A stretch of 47,693 bases of DNA. It comes from a virus (Duplodnaviria; Caudoviricetes). Below, piece after piece: positions 45,327 to 47,693 of the stretch. A model generated the notes under the pieces. That model had not been told where the DNA came from, made no database searches, and saw only the letters and a list, made by a program, of their open reading frames with translations. Position 1 is the first letter of the stretch. Each line of letters starts with the position of its first letter. The position numbers and the translations under genes were made by a program. The stretch covers positions 1-47,693 of IMG/VR virus record IMGVR_UViG_3300013128_000003; one strand, 5' to 3'.

Positions 45327-47467
45327 AAATTATACAAGTTAATTTAGGTATACTTCCAATTCCACCAAATGGATGGGGCGCTGTAGAAAAAATTGTTTGG
45401 GATTATTATCTCGAACTAAATAAAAAAGGATTGGAGTGTCAAATAAAATATCTAAACGATATACAGTACTCGGATGATATGATAGTTCATACACATGTAG
45501 CTAATTTAGCTATAGAATGTCATAAACGAAAGATTCCATATATTTTTACATTACACGACCATCACGCTTATTTATTTGGAAAAAATTCATCTGTTTTTAA
45601 TGAGAACTTTCAAGCAATAGAACATAGCATAATATCTACTTGTCCATCAAAATATTTAGTGGATTATTTTGGAAGTAAAAAATTACGCTACTTTCCACAT
45701 GCTGTAAATACAGATGTATTTAAGTTCAAAAATACTGAGAAGTCAGAACATAAATTATTATGTGTAGCAAACAATGGATATGTGAACGATCAATCGTATG
45801 ATAGAAAAGGATTTAGTTATGCCATTAAAGCTGCTAAAGATTTAAATTTGCCAATTACAATAGCCGGACCATCTAATAACAAAAAGTTCTTTGATAAACT
45901 AGATGTGGATCTTAACAATTATGACAAATTAACTAAATTGTTTGATTTGACCGAAGAACAATTAATCAATTTATATAACGAACATTCTATATTTTTGCAC
46001 CCATCAGAATTGGAAGCTGGTCATCCAAATCTAACTCTTTTAGAAGCTATGAGTTGTGGTTTGCCAGTGATAGGAACATTCGAATCTACATCATATAATG
46101 GTATGATTGTTGTACAACGAGATGTAGAACAAATAAAATCCGCAATAAACACCATAATAAATAATTATGAAAAATATAAAGTTGAAGCGATAAACTCTGC
46201 AAAAGAAAATTCTTATGATGTTAGAGTAAATCAATTAATAGATTTATTTGACGAATACACGGAACGATTATTTGCTGTTAAACATATTGAGGTATATAAT
46301 AATTTAAAGAAAAATGAAAAAAGCATAAAAACAAATGCTATTTTTAGATACACATTCAACGACAATGCTAAAATCGAAGTAGACAATCCGTTGGATTCCG
46401 ATCAAGAATTTAACGTGGTGTTTTATAATAGCAACGATAATAGTGTGAAATATGAAACAAATCTTAAACACAACTGGTGGGGAAGTTGTAATTTCACTTA
46501 TTATATTCCATACGAAATACAAGTAAAAGATAAAAAAACAAATGAATTGGTCGATACATATAAATTAAATTTAAAAAATAAAAAAGTATTAATTGAATAC
46601 GAAAGTTTTAGTTTAGGCGACCAATTAGCTTGGATGCCAATTATCGAACAGTTTAGAAAAAAACACGAATGTGAGTTGTATGTAAAACTTCCATTAAAAA
46701 ATATTTTTGAAAGCAAATATCCTGAAATTAAATTTCTACCTTCAAATAAATCTATTTCCGATTTATATGCAACTTATAAATTGGGATATTATGTAGATGA
46801 AAATGGTCCAAATAATGATAGATGTAAAACTGATCCTAGAAAACAACCGTTGCAAAAAATAGCAAGTGAGTATTTAGGATTGCCTTATCAACCAGAAATT
46901 CCATTGTTAGATTTCAAGATAAAAGAAAGACCCATTAAAAAACGGTATGTAACAATAGCTACACAAAGTACGTGTCAAGCTAAATACTGGAATAATAAAG
47001 ATGGTTGGGAAACTGTTATTAAATATCTTAATGACAAAGGATTTGAAGTAATGTGTATAGATAAACACAAAACATTTGGAAACGGAAACGATTATGTTAA
47101 TAATATGCCTTCCAATGCTTTAAACTATACAGGAGACAAACCGCTGGTAGATAGAATGAACCAAATCTATCATAGCGAATTTTTTATAGGATTACCATCT
47201 GGATTATCTTGGTTAGCTTGGGCAATTAAAAAGCCAGTGGTACTTATAAGTGGATTTTCTTATCCATATACAGAATTTGATACTCCATATAGAGTTCAAA
47301 ACCATTCAGTATGCACAGGATGCTGGAATGACTCACTATTTGACAAAGGCGACTGGAAATGGTGTCCTAAATCAGATAAAAAAGAAGAATTTGAGTGTAC
47401 AAAAGAAATAACACCAAAAATGGTTATCGATGTTATTGACCAATTATTAATAGAACAAAAAATTTAA
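45323..47467 (+). CDS. GT4 glycosyltransferase fused to TibC/Aah-type (autotransporter O-heptosyltransferase-like) domain
   Basis: N-terminal PPNGWGAVE, RKG, EAGHPNLTLLEAM; C-terminal SLGDQLAW, QSTCQAKYWN, FIGLPSGLSWLAWA, CTGCW...WCP...ECTK. Confidence 0.88.
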   Translation: MKIIQVNLGILPIPPNGWGAVEKIVWDYYLELNKKGLECQIKYLNDIQYSDDMIVHTHVANLAIECHKRKIPYIFTLHDHHAYLFGKNSSVFNENFQAIEHSIISTCPSKYLVDYFGSKKLRYFPHAVNTDVFKFKNTEKSEHKLLCVANNGYVNDQSYDRKGFSYAIKAAKDLNLPITIAGPSNNKKFFDKLDVDLNNYDKLTKLFDLTEEQLINLYNEHSIFLHPSELEAGHPNLTLLEAMSCGLPVIGTFESTSYNGMIVVQRDVEQIKSAINTIINNYEKYKVEAINSAKENSYDVRVNQLIDLFDEYTERLFAVKHIEVYNNLKKNEKSIKTNAIFRYTFNDNAKIEVDNPLDSDQEFNVVFYNSNDNSVKYETNLKHNWWGSCNFTYYIPYEIQVKDKKTNELVDTYKLNLKNKKVLIEYESFSLGDQLAWMPIIEQFRKKHECELYVKLPLKNIFESKYPEIKFLPSNKSISDLYATYKLGYYVDENGPNNDRCKTDPRKQPLQKIASEYLGLPYQPEIPLLDFKIKERPIKKRYVTIATQSTCQAKYWNNKDGWETVIKYLNDKGFEVMCIDKHKTFGNGNDYVNNMPSNALNYTGDKPLVDRMNQIYHSEFFIGLPSGLSWLAWAIKKPVVLISGFSYPYTEFDTPYRVQNHSVCTGCWNDSLFDKGDWKWCPKSDKKEEFECTKEITPKMVIDVIDQLLIEQKI

Positions 47468-47506
47468 AGTTATTATAAATAGTTCGTTCTTCGAATTTTT
47501 CAACTA

Positions 47507-47514
47507 TATTTATA
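47507..47514 (+). promoter_or_regulatory. putative late promoter TATTTATA with Shine-Dalgarno leader
   Basis: Followed by GAAAGGA and ATG 47548. Confidence 0.6.
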
Positions 47515-47547
47515 AATTAAATATAACTTTGAAAGGATAATAACATT

Positions 47548-47693
47548 ATGCCAATAACAGAAGGAGGCAGATTTGCCCCAACACAAAATATAGTAAGTCC
47601 AGGTGTATTCACCAGAGAAAATGATCTATCAGGTCTAGCTCAGGGAGTAGCCAATATCGGTGGCGCCATAGTAGCCCCATTTGCTGATGGACC
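47548..47693 (+). CDS. gp18: tail sheath protein, 5' part (truncated by window end)
   Basis: MPITEGGRFAPTQNIVSPGVFTRENDLS...GAIVAPFADG; SPGV...E.D is the sheath N-terminal motif. Confidence 0.85.
   Translation, partial: MPITEGGRFAPTQNIVSPGVFTRENDLSGLAQGVANIGGAIVAPFADG

Noticed and set aside
1-47693. Genome-wide stop-codon reassignment (TGA or TAG)
   Set aside because: Long genes are intact in code 11. TGA ends genes in ATGA overlaps (1645, 39161, 45323) and TAG is followed by coupled starts (27257, 34797). Only the TGA at 15205 looks like a sense position.

Overview
AT-rich segment of a large T4-like myovirus (jumbo-phage type) genome, read in standard code 11 and almost entirely on the + strand. 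Left to right: a tRNA cluster (Ser-GCT, Gly-TCC, Gln-TTG, Ala-TGC, Gly-GCC) with a complete tmRNA; an ADP-ribosyltransferase-like gene; two large minus-strand proteins that may be internal head proteins; phoH; a tail fibre/adhesin cluster; hsp20; a gp55-like late sigma factor; a baseplate module (gp5-, gp25-, gp6-, gp7- and gp8-like, plus an FG-GAP protein); a RuvC-like resolvase, primase and fused Mre11-Rad50; a methyltransferase/glycosyltransferase cassette ending in a TibC/Aah-type protein O-heptosyltransferase; and the start of the tail sheath gene. The top observation is an in-frame TGA (15205-15207) exactly at the catalytic Cys1 position of an otherwise intact Hint (intein-like) domain at the end of the tail adhesin. 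It could be selenocysteine, programmed readthrough, a nonsense mutation or a sequencing error. Also notable: a candidate virion O-glycosylation system with a pervasive [S/T]-G-S motif, an 8/4-fold tRNA-Ala, two tRNAs with A53:U61, and a TATTTATA promoter motif (reverse complement of the T4 late promoter) placed for near-leaderless mRNAs. All protein calls are from motif recognition by eye; no searches or folding were run.
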